A stretch of 64,000 nt of DNA from Amoebidium appalachense (GCA_963693365.1 CAVNZM010000009.1:1862231-1926230), one strand, 5' to 3'; positions 15,208 through 27,696 are shown, counted from the first letter of the stretch. Made by a program: numbers and translations. The notes: a model not told the origin generated them from the letters alone.

Positions 15208-16603
15208 ATATCCCCTCCCCCTCCCTACAGACTTTTTTTCAAAAAAAGGCAGTCCATTACAAAAAAGGAAAAGAGGGGCCAGGTGGGGGGAAGAGGGATG
15301 GGGAGACTGAGAGGCCATGAGGGGACAAGGTTGATGCTTATATTAATCCCTTGTCGAATCTCCATCACCCCCATGCATTCTCCCCCCCTCCCCCCCCCCC
15401 CCCCCTCAACTCTCCTCCACCCGCAGACAGATACACACCACCTATGTTTTTAACCCTCACACGTCTTCCCCTTCACATCCGTTCATCAATCACAACTACC
15501 GATTCCTGTCCTATCCCTTCCCGGCTCTCCAATCCTCACCATAGCTAACCACTTCTCCATAACATCTGTGTGTGTGTATTAAGTGGAAGCAGGGGGGAGA
15601 GGTGGGGGGGAGAGAGCGGGAGAGAGAGAGAGGAGGGGGAGGAGCGAAGAGAGAGGGGACATCCAGGGGGGGGAGGGCAGCAAATTGAAGTCCCGTCTCC
15701 CTCCGCTCCCCCCCTCCTATCTCTCTCTCCCCTCCCCCCCCCCTCTCCCCCCCCCCCCCCCCCCCCCCCCCACACACACACATTCGCGCTCCTTTTCCCC
15801 TCCCCCATGCCTCTACAGCATGGTAGTTGCATGCACAATGCTCCCTACGCACAAGCCAGCCCACGTGTGCGCATGTTTTCCGTTATAAACCCACAGGCGG
15901 TGTAGGCAAAAAAATCATTTGGTTCCGTATCTACCTTTGTTGTCTGTTTCAGCTTTTTGTTTTTTGTTTTGCTTGTTTTCTATATATACTCGTTTTGAAG
16001 GGAGGAGGGGGGAGGGGGTAGGGGGAGGGGGGGGGGGGGGGGGGGTGCAATTCAGGTGCAAGTCAGTAAACAAAATGAGGGGGTAAGGCTACATAGCTGA
16101 CTTAGGAGATCCGCTAACAGTGGGACATCTCAGCATCAAGAAATAAGGGCACACATACCTGCCTGGAATTTCTTGAGCAACTCTACAGCAAGGCCCAGTG
16201 CTGCCACTATGGCAATGGCTGGGGCTCCCCGCACCTAAGTGCATAGATTTTGTCAGCACATGGACGACTGATCAACACAGGTTTGCAAGAAAATGTGATA
16301 GTGTTGAAACGTAGCATGACGTGGTCAATCTCGGCGCAGAATGGAAAGCTTTCACGCGTGAGGCACTGATTTCGAGATTGTTAGCTAATTGCACGTCTCC
16401 AATGAGGGTTTACACATGCATACAGGGGACAACAGAAAAACGCCTGTATGTCGACCCGCTAGCAAAGGGCGTAAAATAGCACCCAGGGCAACACGTATAG
16501 CCCCTTCAACAGCAGCCCATATCCCCCAATTAAGCCAACAAAAGGCGAGACAGTGTGTTCAAGAAAGTGCAATGCTTCCACCCCATTTAAATCTGATACA
16601 TAG

Positions 16604-16634
<31 letters not shown>

Positions 16635-17057
16635 AGTAGCAAAAAAACACCGTTTCTTACCTTCATCTCTCTAATCGCCTTCCACGCATCCTCAACGGTT
16701 TTGACATCTTCGTAAATAGACTCGTGTGGCAGCCTCAACTGCACCAGATGGTATGAGTTAGCACCAAAAAATGCACCAAATTCTTGTAGGCGAAGTTGTG
16801 CTCCCAATTTGGAATGTTTTGTGAATGCGAACGTACAAAATATCCAACAATATGGGAGGCAAAACTGGTCTAAGCCTCTCGAGGCAGCCAGAAGACATGG
16901 TGCATACATCATGCACCAACATGCCAGTTCATGATAATGGTAAACAAGGCATGGCTGCCACAACGGGGGGGGGGGGGGAAGAAAAAGAAAGTACCTGGTC
17001 CAGAATTCTGAGGCTCCCCCTGCTATACACGATGGCTTCTAGTGTGGGCTGTGCCAT
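9182..17057 (-). CDS. MRI1: Methylthioribose-1-phosphate isomerase (methionine salvage), 12 exons, 367 aa
   Basis: Exons 17057-16995, 16738-16661, 16234-16159, 14905-14800, 14162-14109, 13494-13395, 12884-12836, 12236-12126, 11769-11611, 11066-10974, 10401-10273, 9267-9182; all GT-AG and phase-consistent. Motifs [85 protein letters not shown]. Confidence 0.95.
9877..10021 (-). mobile_element. Dispersed intronic repeat family, near full-length copy
   Basis: Reverse complement closely matches 51198-51341 (gatgggctctgcttattatgcatactctttatgtatgg...gtgtacttcgtac...gacgcattcaaac). Confidence 0.75.
11083..11199. repeat. 20-bp minisatellite x6 (attagcatcgagatatatc) at the 3' end of MRI1 intron 9
   Basis: Units start at about 11083, 11104, 11124, 11144, 11164 and 11184. 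Confidence 0.9.
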
Positions 17058-17392
17058 TTTCACACAGTTTAGGTGAACACCAACGGTGTATGAAACAGGA
17101 CTTTCACTCTTCGTTACGTGACTGAAGTGATTCACATGTGTCTGCCCAAATAGCCCACCAATAGAAACCTTCAGTGCAGCACGCCGGTGATTCCACTTCA
17201 TCTTAAAAGGCTTTAGCCCCACATACAACCACTTACAAGAATTATAACGTTTTTAAAAGCTTTTGGGAATCTTAATAATCTTTAATATCATGTAATAATC
17301 CTAATATCTCAGAACCAATTACAATTGTTCCCGCCAAAATATCGTAATATCACGAAATCTCGCCGCCCAGACCGTGCACCGCGGCCCACTCG

Positions 17393-17775
17393 GACCTCTG
17401 ACACCCAGGCCTCCTAGCCTAGTCTAACTCCTAACAGCACACACACACACACACAAATAAAGTTCCAACCTCTGACACCCAGGCCTCCTAGCCTAGTCTA
17501 ACTCCTAACAAAACACACACACACACACACAAATCAAGTTCCGACCTCTGACACCCAGGCCTCCTAGCCTAGTCGAACTCCTAACAGCACACACACAGAC
17601 ACACGCAAATCAAGTTCCGATCTCTGACATGACACCCAGGCCTCCTAGCCTAGTCTAACTCCTAGCAGCACACACACACACACAAAAATCAAGTTCCGAC
17701 CTCTGACACCCAGGCCTCCTAGCCTAGTCTAACTCCTAACAGCACACACACACACACACACACAAATCAAGTTCC
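17393..17775. repeat. 74-79 bp tandem repeat x5 with an embedded (CA)n
   Basis: Unit gacctctgacacccaggcctcctagcctagtctaactcctaacag(ca)n-aaatcaagttcc, starting at 17393, 17467, 17543, 17619 and 17698. Confidence 0.95.
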
Positions 17776-17798
17776 AACTGCCCCAGAAAACACGAATC

Positions 17799-18570
17799 AT
17801 GTCACAACAAAGAGTGTCTGCCGGAGAGCTCTTACTCCACCCCGACGTAGGTGTGTGCGTGTGCTTGTTTTTCCAAGGAGCGATTCAAATGGGCAAAAAG
17901 CCGCAAAACGACAAGCGTTACTGACTTGCTCTTATAAATTCTTGGGTATTTTTGGTACGGGTGGAAGAGGAGCATTTATGTTTTGTGTAGGTTTTGTTGC
18001 CTGTTCCAGACACAGTCTTACTCTAGTTTCCCCACACAGAACTTCATCCGGTTGTCAGCACGCTCCGTCAAACCTACTTCTACAAAATTCAAGGTTGTTC
18101 TTTCCTTTCTCGGCCTGCCAGTTTCCTCGTTCTCTACCCTCCCACGGGCACTTTTCCGAGTAATCCTCATTTCTTGCTCGCATGGACTGTGCTCACACTT
18201 CCTAGTTCTATCTATAAATATCATTTCTACAAAAGATCCAATGGTTTGATCATAGGTATCTCAAGGGAGCCAAACCGATGGTCCTAACGTTTCTCCCCTC
18301 CACCTCCCCCCCCACCCCCAACCCAACTCCACCCCCTCCCTCCCCTCTTTTTTTTTTTTTTTCCCGGCTAAGCAGCACGCACAGAGGAGAACCTTCCCAG
18401 CCGTGTGCTCCGTTTCCGTGATGCCGGTGTGTCTGTGTTGCTGGTCGACCTAGCCATTATCGCCGGCGCTCGTCCATCCGTTGACCCCCTGCGAGAAATA
18501 TCATGCAGGTGTGTTCTGGATACAGTGACTATAAAAGGCCTTACCTGCTCTTTGTGTGTTTGTGTGTGTC

Positions 18571-18609
<39 letters not shown>

Positions 18610-19051
18610 GGGTGGGTGGGTGGGTGGGAGTGGGTGTGCGTGTGTGTGTGTGTTGTGTGTGCGTGATTGCATGCGCACGCGCACGTGTGCGTAAGGGGGA
18701 AAGGGGGGGTAAGGGAGGGGCGCTCAAGCTGGTTGCCGTTTTTGTTAAGTTTTCAAAAAAGGGCATCCATACCGTATTTTTCTCATCTCAATGAACTTTG
18801 CTTGAGAGCATGGGAGAGGGACGGGGTTGGATGGATGTAACAGGAAGGAGAAAGATGGGAACTAGTGAAAATAATATACTATTAGAGTTTATATATAATA
18901 ATATTGGCCCATACATTGGCTGCTTTAACAGTGCGCAAGCCCTATGTGAGCGGTATGGTGAGGACATCCACCGCTACGTGTGCATCCTCTACAACCCAGT
19001 CAGGGAGGACCAGCTGCAGCTGCTTTCAAAGGTCCAACTCAGGTGCCCCCC

Positions 19052-19082
<31 letters not shown>

Positions 19083-21015
19083 AAAAAAAAAACGAAAGAA
19101 GAAGTGACGCATGTCACTTTGCGCTCTTAAGCACACAGTACATGAGCACGGCGTATATGCACACAGACACACATGCACACACAGATACACACGTGTGTAC
19201 ACGCGCGTGCTCGCACACACACACACACACACATACACATACACAAGAACATACAAGATGCACACAAACACACACGCACACACACACACACATGCACACC
19301 CACATGTACACACACACAAGCAAGAAATCGTTAACACACACCGTGTCGCACACACAACGCACTTATGGTCACACCTGGTTTCAGGTGCAATGCCGTTACC
19401 CTCCTGGGGTCTATTGAGTTTCTTTTTTCCATCGACACCGAGGACTGCGCCAGTCTTCTTCACAACATGTGCGAGAGTCAGATCACTGCCGACCCAAACG
19501 GAAACCACAAAGCCTCAGGACACAAAGGCCTGGAGCAACTCGATGTATGTAGAGACCGTCCTCCCCCCTCCTCCCTCCTCCCTTCCTCCTCCCTCTTCCC
19601 CCCCCCTCCCTCTCCCCCTCCCCTCCCCCCTTCCCCAGCAATCCCCATGTCCCTCTCTGCTGCCCAAATTCCTCGGTGTCCATCACGATTGAACCAGCCA
19701 CGCATATCACCCAACCACACCAAATGAGGATTAATATATGGGTTCAAGTGACTGAGGAAAATAAACCCACTAGTATCATCTCCGTATGGCATAGCGGTTC
19801 AGCTGTCGGGTCTTTGCCCTTCGTTTCCTTCTCCACAGCTGCTCGCCCTCCCTCATCGGCTACTCTTCACCTTACATCCACCTTTTTTATTCTTTTCGTA
19901 GAAAGCCAACTTTCGTTTTTTGCACCATATCACCTTCATTGCTGCTTTGACCAACTTGCTTAACCCTGTCCGAACCGACCCCTCCCCCCCCCCCCCCTCC
20001 CAGCACCACCTCCAACCCCCTCTCCCCTCCCTGCCTAACCTCCCCCCTCTCCCCCCCACCTCCCCCCTCCCCTTCCCCCCCCCCCCCCCCCAAAAAAAAA
20101 AAAAAAAACCGCCAATTCCCCTCTTCCCAACCTCAACCCCCCTACTCTCCATATTCCTCAACACATACCCCCCCCCCCTCCAGGATGAGGCCCGGTGCAT
20201 TGAGGGATGGATCATCAACACCCTCTGCCAGGTGCCCGGCCTGACTCAGCATGATATCCAACCAATCATAACTTTTGGCCTACATTGCTTCCTCCCCCCT
20301 CCCCTCCTCCCCCCCTCCCCCCTCCCCCCTTCCCATACCTCCTATCGGGGTTCCCTTTTCGGTTATGGCTTTGTCAAGGTTATTCTTTTTACCCTTAGCC
20401 CCTCCCCATCCCTTTCTGTTTAGAAGCTTGTCTCCCCCCTCCCCCCCCCATCTTGTCCACCCCCCTCCCCACCCCTCTTTCTCCTTCCCCCTCCCCCCTC
20501 CCCCCTCCCTCCCTCCGAGGCCCTCTTTTTCTCTGCCTCACTCTATTGGTTGCTATTCATTTTGCAGAGTACATCTTATCCAAGTTTAAAGTCTTAACCG
20601 CACACACATGCCATGGTGCTGCAAGAGTCTGGGTCCCTCTCCTCCGTCATCCTTGCCTCTGCCCACCAACTCGCACAATGCAGCATTGATGCAGGTGTGT
20701 CGCATCAGATCAGTCATATCACATGTCTTACTATAAGCATTTTGTCCACCCTGTCCCCACCTCTCCCCACCCCCACACACACACCAACACACACACACAA
20801 TACATAACAACTCCTTCTCCCTCCCCCCCCCCCCCCTCTCTCTCTCCCCCCCTCCTTCTTCGGGACCCGTCCATAAGGCCTGGGTCACTGCACAAACATT
20901 CCTGCCCTCCTCCCCCCCCTCCCCCCATCCCTTCCCCTCCGCCCTCCGTCCCTCCATCCCACATCAATCGTTGCGGTTTTTTATCAATGGGTCACGGCCC
21001 TTCCTTGTGACCTCC

Positions 21016-21046
<31 letters not shown>

Positions 21047-21709
21047 AAAAAAAAAAAAAAAAGGAAAAGAAAAGAAGGAAAAAAGAAAAAGTAGAGGGAG
21101 GAAGGGAGGGGGGAAGAGAGTGAGAGAGAAAAAGAGAGAGAGAAGAGAGGGAGGGGGGGGAAAGAGACAGAGAGAGAGCAGTGAGAGAGCTCCTCCCCTC
21201 GCTCCCCCTCTCCTCCCTCGCCCGCCCCCAAAAAATGTCCGCCATATTCCCCCCCCCCCCCCCCCCCCCCTTCCCCCGTGCGTAACAACAACAACCATGC
21301 AAGCCAAGAGGAGGGAGGGAGGGAGGGAGGGAGGGCAGAGAGAGATAGGGGGGGAGAGAGAGAGAGTGAGTGAGAGTGGGAGATAGAGAGAGAGAGAGAG
21401 AGACTAGAAACGAGTCAGAGCCCCCCCCCCCCCCCCCCCCTTCCCCCGAGTCCCTCCCTCCCCCCCCTCCCCATCTCTCCCCTCCCTCCCTCCCCCCCCC
21501 TCCCCCCCCCCCCCCCCCCCCCCCCCGCCCTTTCCCCCCCACCTTCCCTTCCCCCCTCAAAAAAAAAGAATGCTCCATGACATTACCCTCCATGCAACCC
21601 TTTTCATGCAGAGACTGCAACTGTTGTTGAGGAGCTATTCCAGGGCCGTTCAACACGTGCACTAGACCTGCAGGCTCGAAAACAGAACACAAACCACCGA
21701 CGCATATAA
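17799..21709 (+). CDS. PARTING DANCERS/SPO16/SCRE (C1orf146)-like ERCC1-fold meiotic crossover protein, 8 exons, about 255 aa
   Basis: Exons 17799-17850, 18040-18093, 18373-18508, 18932-19042, 19385-19544, 20184-20253, 20608-20694, 21612-21709, phase-consistent. Protein has [46 protein letters not shown] (C1orf146-like) and an HhH-like [25 protein letters not shown]...[11 protein letters not shown] (resembles recalled plant PTD IPGIDNHDANAL..IGSIEAIAKAS). Confidence 0.72.
20254..20607 (+). other. U12-type (minor spliceosome) AT-AC intron
   Basis: 5' end ATATCCAA, branch GTCTTAAC at 20591-20598, 3' end CACAC. Removal joins CAT G|AT GCC ATG (H-D-A-M) in frame. Confidence 0.8.
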
Positions 21710-22089
21710 TGTCGACATGCATAGTATTACCCTACTTTTTTAAGAGCGCGAATATCTGCTGCTGGGTTCCATCCCCTTCAAGTTCTACATTGCAGCAGCA
21801 GCAAAGCGCACACCTCCCTATCATATGATCTCCAATTGTAGGTGTTAGACAATGTATATACAACAAGTATACACAACCTTGAACATTGAATTATGTGCTT
21901 GCTGTCTGAGTCATAACAAATTAGAATATTCGAATGATCAGGGGGCAGAAACCACCACTAGCAGGCTATTTGCATATATAGACAAGTAGTATTAGTCCGT
22001 TGTAAGTCGTGTACATGTGGAGTATTATCCATGAGGAAACACACCGTACAAGTAAAGATACCAGTAGGGTACATGCCTTAGCCTAGCCT

Positions 22090-22120
<31 letters not shown>

Positions 22121-23734
22121 ACCTCCCCGGGCACCCATACTCTTTGCCTCGAGTAAACAGCGTAACCCCCACCCACATATCTCGTCTTCTGCGACAGTAT
22201 GCAATCGCAGTTTCATTCTATCCCGATTTGTCTTTTCAAACGCTGGTAGTGGTGCCCTCACAGCACTTATGGTCAATATCTCGTAAGGCAAAAATATCCG
22301 GCTTTGGTGCTTAAGCTAGCATGCAATTCATATCGATATGACACACCGCCGTGTGTCCAACAGCCTTCAGTTTGCCAAGGGGAGCGGGGAGGGAGGGGGG
22401 GAGGGCATTGTTACAGCTCTACTTTTTATGAGCAGGAGGAGAGGTGACAATGGAAATGGGGAAGGAGTGGGGGGGGGGCTGCTGCCAAACGTTACAGGGT
22501 GGGGCTGCTGCTTATACTATATTATTGTGCTGTTTATAGGCTGATCGTCCTGCCACGTCTGTAGATCTAACGGGCTCAGTCTAGAACGTAGGTATATAGG
22601 TCCCAGGGGGCTTGTGCTGATACCTACCACTATTCAGCGGTACTAAATAAGACCTTAGATGAGAAGGTTAAAAACAAAAACAGCTGCAATGTAATACTTT
22701 AAGTTTCAAACGCAGAAGGCGAAGCGTCGCTGAACCCGTGTGAAAGCCCCCATTGTGCCCTTGGCATGGGAACAAACTGCCGCTGTTGAAACCCGCGGCC
22801 AAACTAGCTGCAGAAAACATGCTGAATCAACGTATGTAACAGTGGCGTAGTCGAAAAACCCTCTCAATCGCGGCTCAGTCGTGGACCAATCGATGGGCAC
22901 TCCGAAGTCAAAATCGTGAAGAAACCCGAAAGGAATGTATGTCTACTGCATCTAAGGAATCTGATTGGTGGTCTGAACATCAACATTCCTTTGCGAAACA
23001 CTAACATTCCAACACAAATGTGCCAACAAAAAGGTACAGTCAACCTTTGAAAAAAAAAATTATCATATGAAAAAAAAAACGTTGCTATAAGCCATTTATA
23101 CGCTCAAGACACTTTTTTTTCTTTAGACTCCTGCTTATAATTCTAGCGCCGCTCTCCGCTGCTCGGCGATTTTTTGAAAAAACACTAACCGTAGAAAAGG
23201 CGGGGCATAGATTAAAAGGCGGGGCATAGATTATCTGTACATTCATGTAGCGTAATCTATGGCAATCTCACGTGGCATGGCGGTGTCACGCGGGGGCTTG
23301 ACTTTATAACAGGCGAGTCGCAACCACATCATTAATTACTTAATGTTATTGGAGAGAAATAACAAAAAAAAACACATAGAGGGAAGCTTAAGGTTATATG
23401 AATGAGTTGTCTAGACCTGAGAGTCTAGTGCCCACGGCCCAACTATATCACTATACCAACTGCGCATATATATATGACACATGTATGAGCCCATTCTGAC
23501 AGGAATCCGAATGGAAAGTTTCCATGATGTCTTTCGTGACCAGGAGTGTCAAATCCAAGAGAAGACTATGCTTAGCTCTATAGGCGTCCATTGGGCCTCT
23601 GTAGATTAGATACTGGATAGTTACGCGGCCCGGCGCATGTGCTTGAGTTTCGGAGGTCGGCTGCTTGCCGTCCAGGGAACAAACCAGTTGAAAGACCAAT
23701 GTTATCTGGAATGGAATGTGAAATGAAGCAGCTT

Positions 23735-24002
23735 TGGAATGTGCCAAGACTACATTTCATTGGATTATTGGCTTTGTTTGTTAACTTTGTTTAGTATTTT
23801 CATTGGTCGCCTTCAAGGGACACGTTTCGCTCACAAGTATATAAATGGAGGAAGGAATCCCTTCATTTCAACTCATCCAGAAAACGAGCAGGTTAATTAG
23901 CGTACGATCGGCTGCACGGCATTTGACTGATACGCTTAGTCACTCACCTCGTATTTGAGCGTCAGCAGTGCATAGGCACACAGTATTTTTTCTACTACAC
24001 AG
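23735..24002 (+). promoter_or_regulatory. Promoter of POT copy 2 (TATATAAA 23838-23845) and probable 5'-UTR intron 23892-24002
   Basis: Motifs shared with the other copies. CAG|GTTAAT donor and tttttctactacacAG acceptor 8 nt before the ATG; copy 1 has cgtacAG at the same position. Confidence 0.5.
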
Positions 24003-24010
24003 TGTCGAAG

Positions 24011-25819
24011 ATGGCCGTCAGCAAAATGTGGTCCGTGTGCATCTTCATCCTCGTGGTGGAGATGATGGAGCGCATGGCCTACATGACCTTCAGCGGCGCC
24101 CAGCGCAACCAGCTGATGATGTGGTTTAGCAGCTCGCAGTCCATCGCCATCAACTCGGCCTTCACCGTCATGTCCTTCGCCGTGTGCATCTTTGGCGGCT
24201 GGCTGGCCGACGCAAAGCTCGGCCGCTACTGGACCATTGTTGTGTTTGCGTTCATCTACTGCATCGGTGTGACCATGTCTGCCACGGCTGCGTGGCCCAC
24301 TTTCAACAATGAGGAGTTCTACCTGTTGGGTGTGTTTGCGTTCATTGCGGTGGGAACAGGCGGCATCAAGCCCAACATCAGCAGTTTTGGCGGTGACCAG
24401 TTCGATGCAAGCAACCCCGAGGAGGCCAAGGAGCAGGAGAAGTTCTTTTCTTATTTCTACATGATGATCAATGTTGGTGCCGCTGTGTCCTACGGCTACC
24501 TGGTCACCCTGGCCACAAACGGCCAGCCCCCAGCCATCCCCCAGGAGTATGGCTTCTTCTCTGCCTACATGATTGCGGCCGGGGGCATGTTCATTGCTTT
24601 GGTGATTTTCCTCTCCGGCACCCCAAGGTACATCCGCAAGGCAGCAAGTGGTGACTCCCTGTGTGGTGCCGCCTACTATGTTTGGCAGGGGGCAAGACGC
24701 AGTGTGAGGGGTGCCGTGGCACTCATTGGTTGGATCGCGGCGTTTGCTTTCATCATTTTCTCCATCACCTCTGCCTTTACTTCCGAGAGCATGGCCTACC
24801 CCATGGCCTATGCCTCTCTGGCCCTTGCCAGCGTGTGTGTCGTGTGCCTGTGTGTGGCCCACCTCAACAACGAGTTCCTTAACGGTATCCCCGACCACCC
24901 GTCCGGCATGCTCAGTCTCTCCGATGCCAAAGATTTCTTTGCCGTGGTCCCAACCACTCTCGTTGCCAGTGTGTGCTTTATCATCGCCTACAACAACATG
25001 AACGGCCCGTTCACTGTCCAGGCCTGCCAGATGGACCTTCGGGTCGGGTCGAGCCAGATCAACGGTGCTTTCTTTAACGTGGCCGACTGTCTGGCCATTA
25101 TCATTTTCACCCCCATCTTGGAGATGTTCGTCTTTCCCTTTGTTGCGCGCATAAAGGGCTCACCCGTCACCCGCAACCAAAAGCTCATTGCCGGCTTCAT
25201 CATGGCCGCCGCAGCCATGGCCGTGGCTGCCGCAGTCGAATATGCCCGCCAGGCAGCGGCCATTCTGCCGCTGAGCGACCCCAACAACATATCCAACTGT
25301 GCCGGCAACCCCGCCACCAACCCCGTGGGCATGTCCGACATCAGCGGCTTCATCATGTTTGTGCCCTTCTCCATGGTCGGCATTGCCGAGATCCTCATCA
25401 ACCCCGTGCTGATCTACTTCAGCTACGACCAGGTGCCCCTGCGGGTCCGCTCCCTGGCCTCGGCCTTCACCATGCTTTCTCTCGGTTCCATCTCCAGCGG
25501 CTTCACCACCTGCATCACGCTGCTCATGGGCAGCTACCTGGGCGCAAACGACAACCTGAATGACGGCGGCCACGTGCAGTACTTCTACTTCGTCGGCCTG
25601 GCTGCGGCTCTGGCCGGCATTCCCCTCGTCTTGCTCACGTCCAGTGTCTATGTGGAGAAATCGTTTTCCGACCCCAACTCTGCCACGGCAACGGATAGTG
25701 TTGCCCTCGATGCAGCTTTGCCGACGTACACGCAGGAAAGTGTAATGGATAAGTCGAAGAAGTCGGAGAACTTCATGGTTAACGTTCCGGGGGCTGTGGG
25801 TGGTGCTAAGAATCTCTAA
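24011..25819 (+). CDS. POT/PTR2/SLC15 oligopeptide transporter, copy 2 (most divergent), 602 aa
   Basis: Highly similar to copy 1 over the full length, ORF intact. EMMERMAYM, GGWLADAKLGRY, FYMMINVG. Confidence 0.95.
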   Translation: MAVSKMWSVCIFILVVEMMERMAYMTFSGAQRNQLMMWFSSSQSIAINSAFTVMSFAVCIFGGWLADAKLGRYWTIVVFAFIYCIGVTMSATAAWPTFNNEEFYLLGVFAFIAVGTGGIKPNISSFGGDQFDASNPEEAKEQEKFFSYFYMMINVGAAVSYGYLVTLATNGQPPAIPQEYGFFSAYMIAAGGMFIALVIFLSGTPRYIRKAASGDSLCGAAYYVWQGARRSVRGAVALIGWIAAFAFIIFSITSAFTSESMAYPMAYASLALASVCVVCLCVAHLNNEFLNGIPDHPSGMLSLSDAKDFFAVVPTTLVASVCFIIAYNNMNGPFTVQACQMDLRVGSSQINGAFFNVADCLAIIIFTPILEMFVFPFVARIKGSPVTRNQKLIAGFIMAAAAMAVAAAVEYARQAAAILPLSDPNNISNCAGNPATNPVGMSDISGFIMFVPFSMVGIAEILINPVLIYFSYDQVPLRVRSLASAFTMLSLGSISSGFTTCITLLMGSYLGANDNLNDGGHVQYFYFVGLAAALAGIPLVLLTSSVYVEKSFSDPNSATATDSVALDAALPTYTQESVMDKSKKSENFMVNVPGAVGGAKNL

Positions 25820-26168
25820 GGATGTCTGGTCAAAAGTTTAACGTTTTTATTTATAAATCTATATAAATCTATGGAAAGTAGTATAGTTCGTATGGTATAC
25901 ACAACAAGTGTTGTATTTTGCTCCGAATGTCGTTACATGAGTTGATCTTTCGAACAGCTAGTACTGGATCCAGCTGTTTTACTAGTGACTGTCCCAGAGG
26001 TGTGTTTGGGGTGCAACTAAATGTACATGATTGAAGCTACCCTTACAAAGTAGAATATGAATGCATTAAAGGCACCGGCAAAATGGAAGAACCCGGCAAA
26101 AGACCTGCTTAGCCCTTTGAAAAGCCGTTTTTTTTATATCTCCCACCTTTCCCCACCGGCCTCATCCC

Positions 26169-26212
<44 letters not shown>

Positions 26213-26516
26213 AAAAAAATAAGGGAAAAAAAAGCATGTCTTCCCTCACCTCTCTTCCCTCACCTATCCCAAGTCCCTCTTCACTGGTTCATGTTTGCAG
26301 TGCACAGGTTTGATGCCGGCGCAGCCGGCCCCTCTCGATTTATTGTCTAAGGCCTTGAATAATTAACATGAGTTTCCACGGTCCACATAAAATCTCATTC
26401 CAGCAATAATGGATCTCAGAATAATGATTAAAGTAAACGCCATCGACGCATACGTAAACGAAAATACGAGCACTGGGGGCATTCATCGTTGCCTCAGTGT
26501 GTGTGTGTTTGCTTAA

Positions 26517-26571
<55 letters not shown>

Positions 26572-26695
26572 CAGTGTGTGTGTGCCACTGTGTGTGTGTG
26601 TGTGTGTGCACGGTACGGTGTGATTGTGTCTGTGTGTCTGTCTGTGTGTGTCTGTGTGTGTGTGTGTGTGTTTGTGTTGTGTGTGTGTGCCACGG

Positions 26696-26727
<32 letters not shown>

Positions 26728-26755
26728 GTGTACGTGTGTGCGTGTGTGTGTGTGG

Positions 26756-26786
<31 letters not shown>

Positions 26787-27696
26787 CGCGCGCGAGAGTG
26801 TGTGCGTGTGTGTGTTTTCTGTGTGTGTGTGTGTGCGCGCGCACGGGTGTGATTGAGTGTGTGCGTGTGCGTGGGCTTAAGTCACGGTGTGCATGTGTAT
26901 GGGTGCAAGCGTATGCATGCCTGTGCGTGTACGTGCCACGGCGTATGTGCGTGTATGCATGTGTGTGTGCGTGCTTGTGTGTGTGTAAGGTGTGTGTATC
27001 TGTGCGCGCACGCGCGTGCCTGCACATGTATCAGCTAGTATTATTATTTCACGTGAGTGCCACCCGGCCCGGGGGCACGTGTGTGGGAGTGAGCAAGACG
27101 ATGGGAACAAGTAACTGATTGGGCAAAGGAGTAGCTAAATGCTCGTCTCTGCATATCTTCCCCACCCTCCCTCCCCTCCCCCCGCCCCCCTCCCTTCCCC
27201 CTCCCCCCCTTCCCCTCCCCCCCCTCCCCCCCCCCCCCCCCCCCCCCCCATACACACACACACACCTACACCCGGCACATATACACACACATACCTATCA
27301 GGGCAAAAAGAAAGGATCACATTCTGAATGCATTGCATAAGAGCACCATGATTCCTCCACAAAGGAAGGAAAGCCTGACTGGTTAAGGGTGAGGTATTGT
27401 TAGGTACTGTGTGCATATGTGTGCATATGCGTGGCCTTCAACCCTGGTTCCGGTGGTGGCCAAGGTCTTGATGGGACAACTTGTTGTGGTGAAGGGGAGG
27501 AGAGAGGGTGGCGGGGGGAGAGAGGACGCCTGAAAGATGGGGTTTGAGGGGGGACTGCCCCGGGGGGGGGGGGGGGGGAGGGGGGGGGGGAGGATGATGG
27601 GGGGGGGGGGGGGGGGGGAGCGGGGAAAGGGGGGGTGGCGGGTTACGATTTTACTTGCACCCGGCAGTATCTAACCCAGGTAGTGTTGCAGCAACA

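Noticed and set aside
17393-17775. CRISPR-like array
   Set aside because: The variable parts are just (CA)n, not unique spacers; there are no cas genes and the context is eukaryotic.
22025-23591. Spliced minus-strand gene between the PTD-like gene and POT copy 2
   Set aside because: Protein-like fragments exist, but no phase-consistent model or recognisable family was found.
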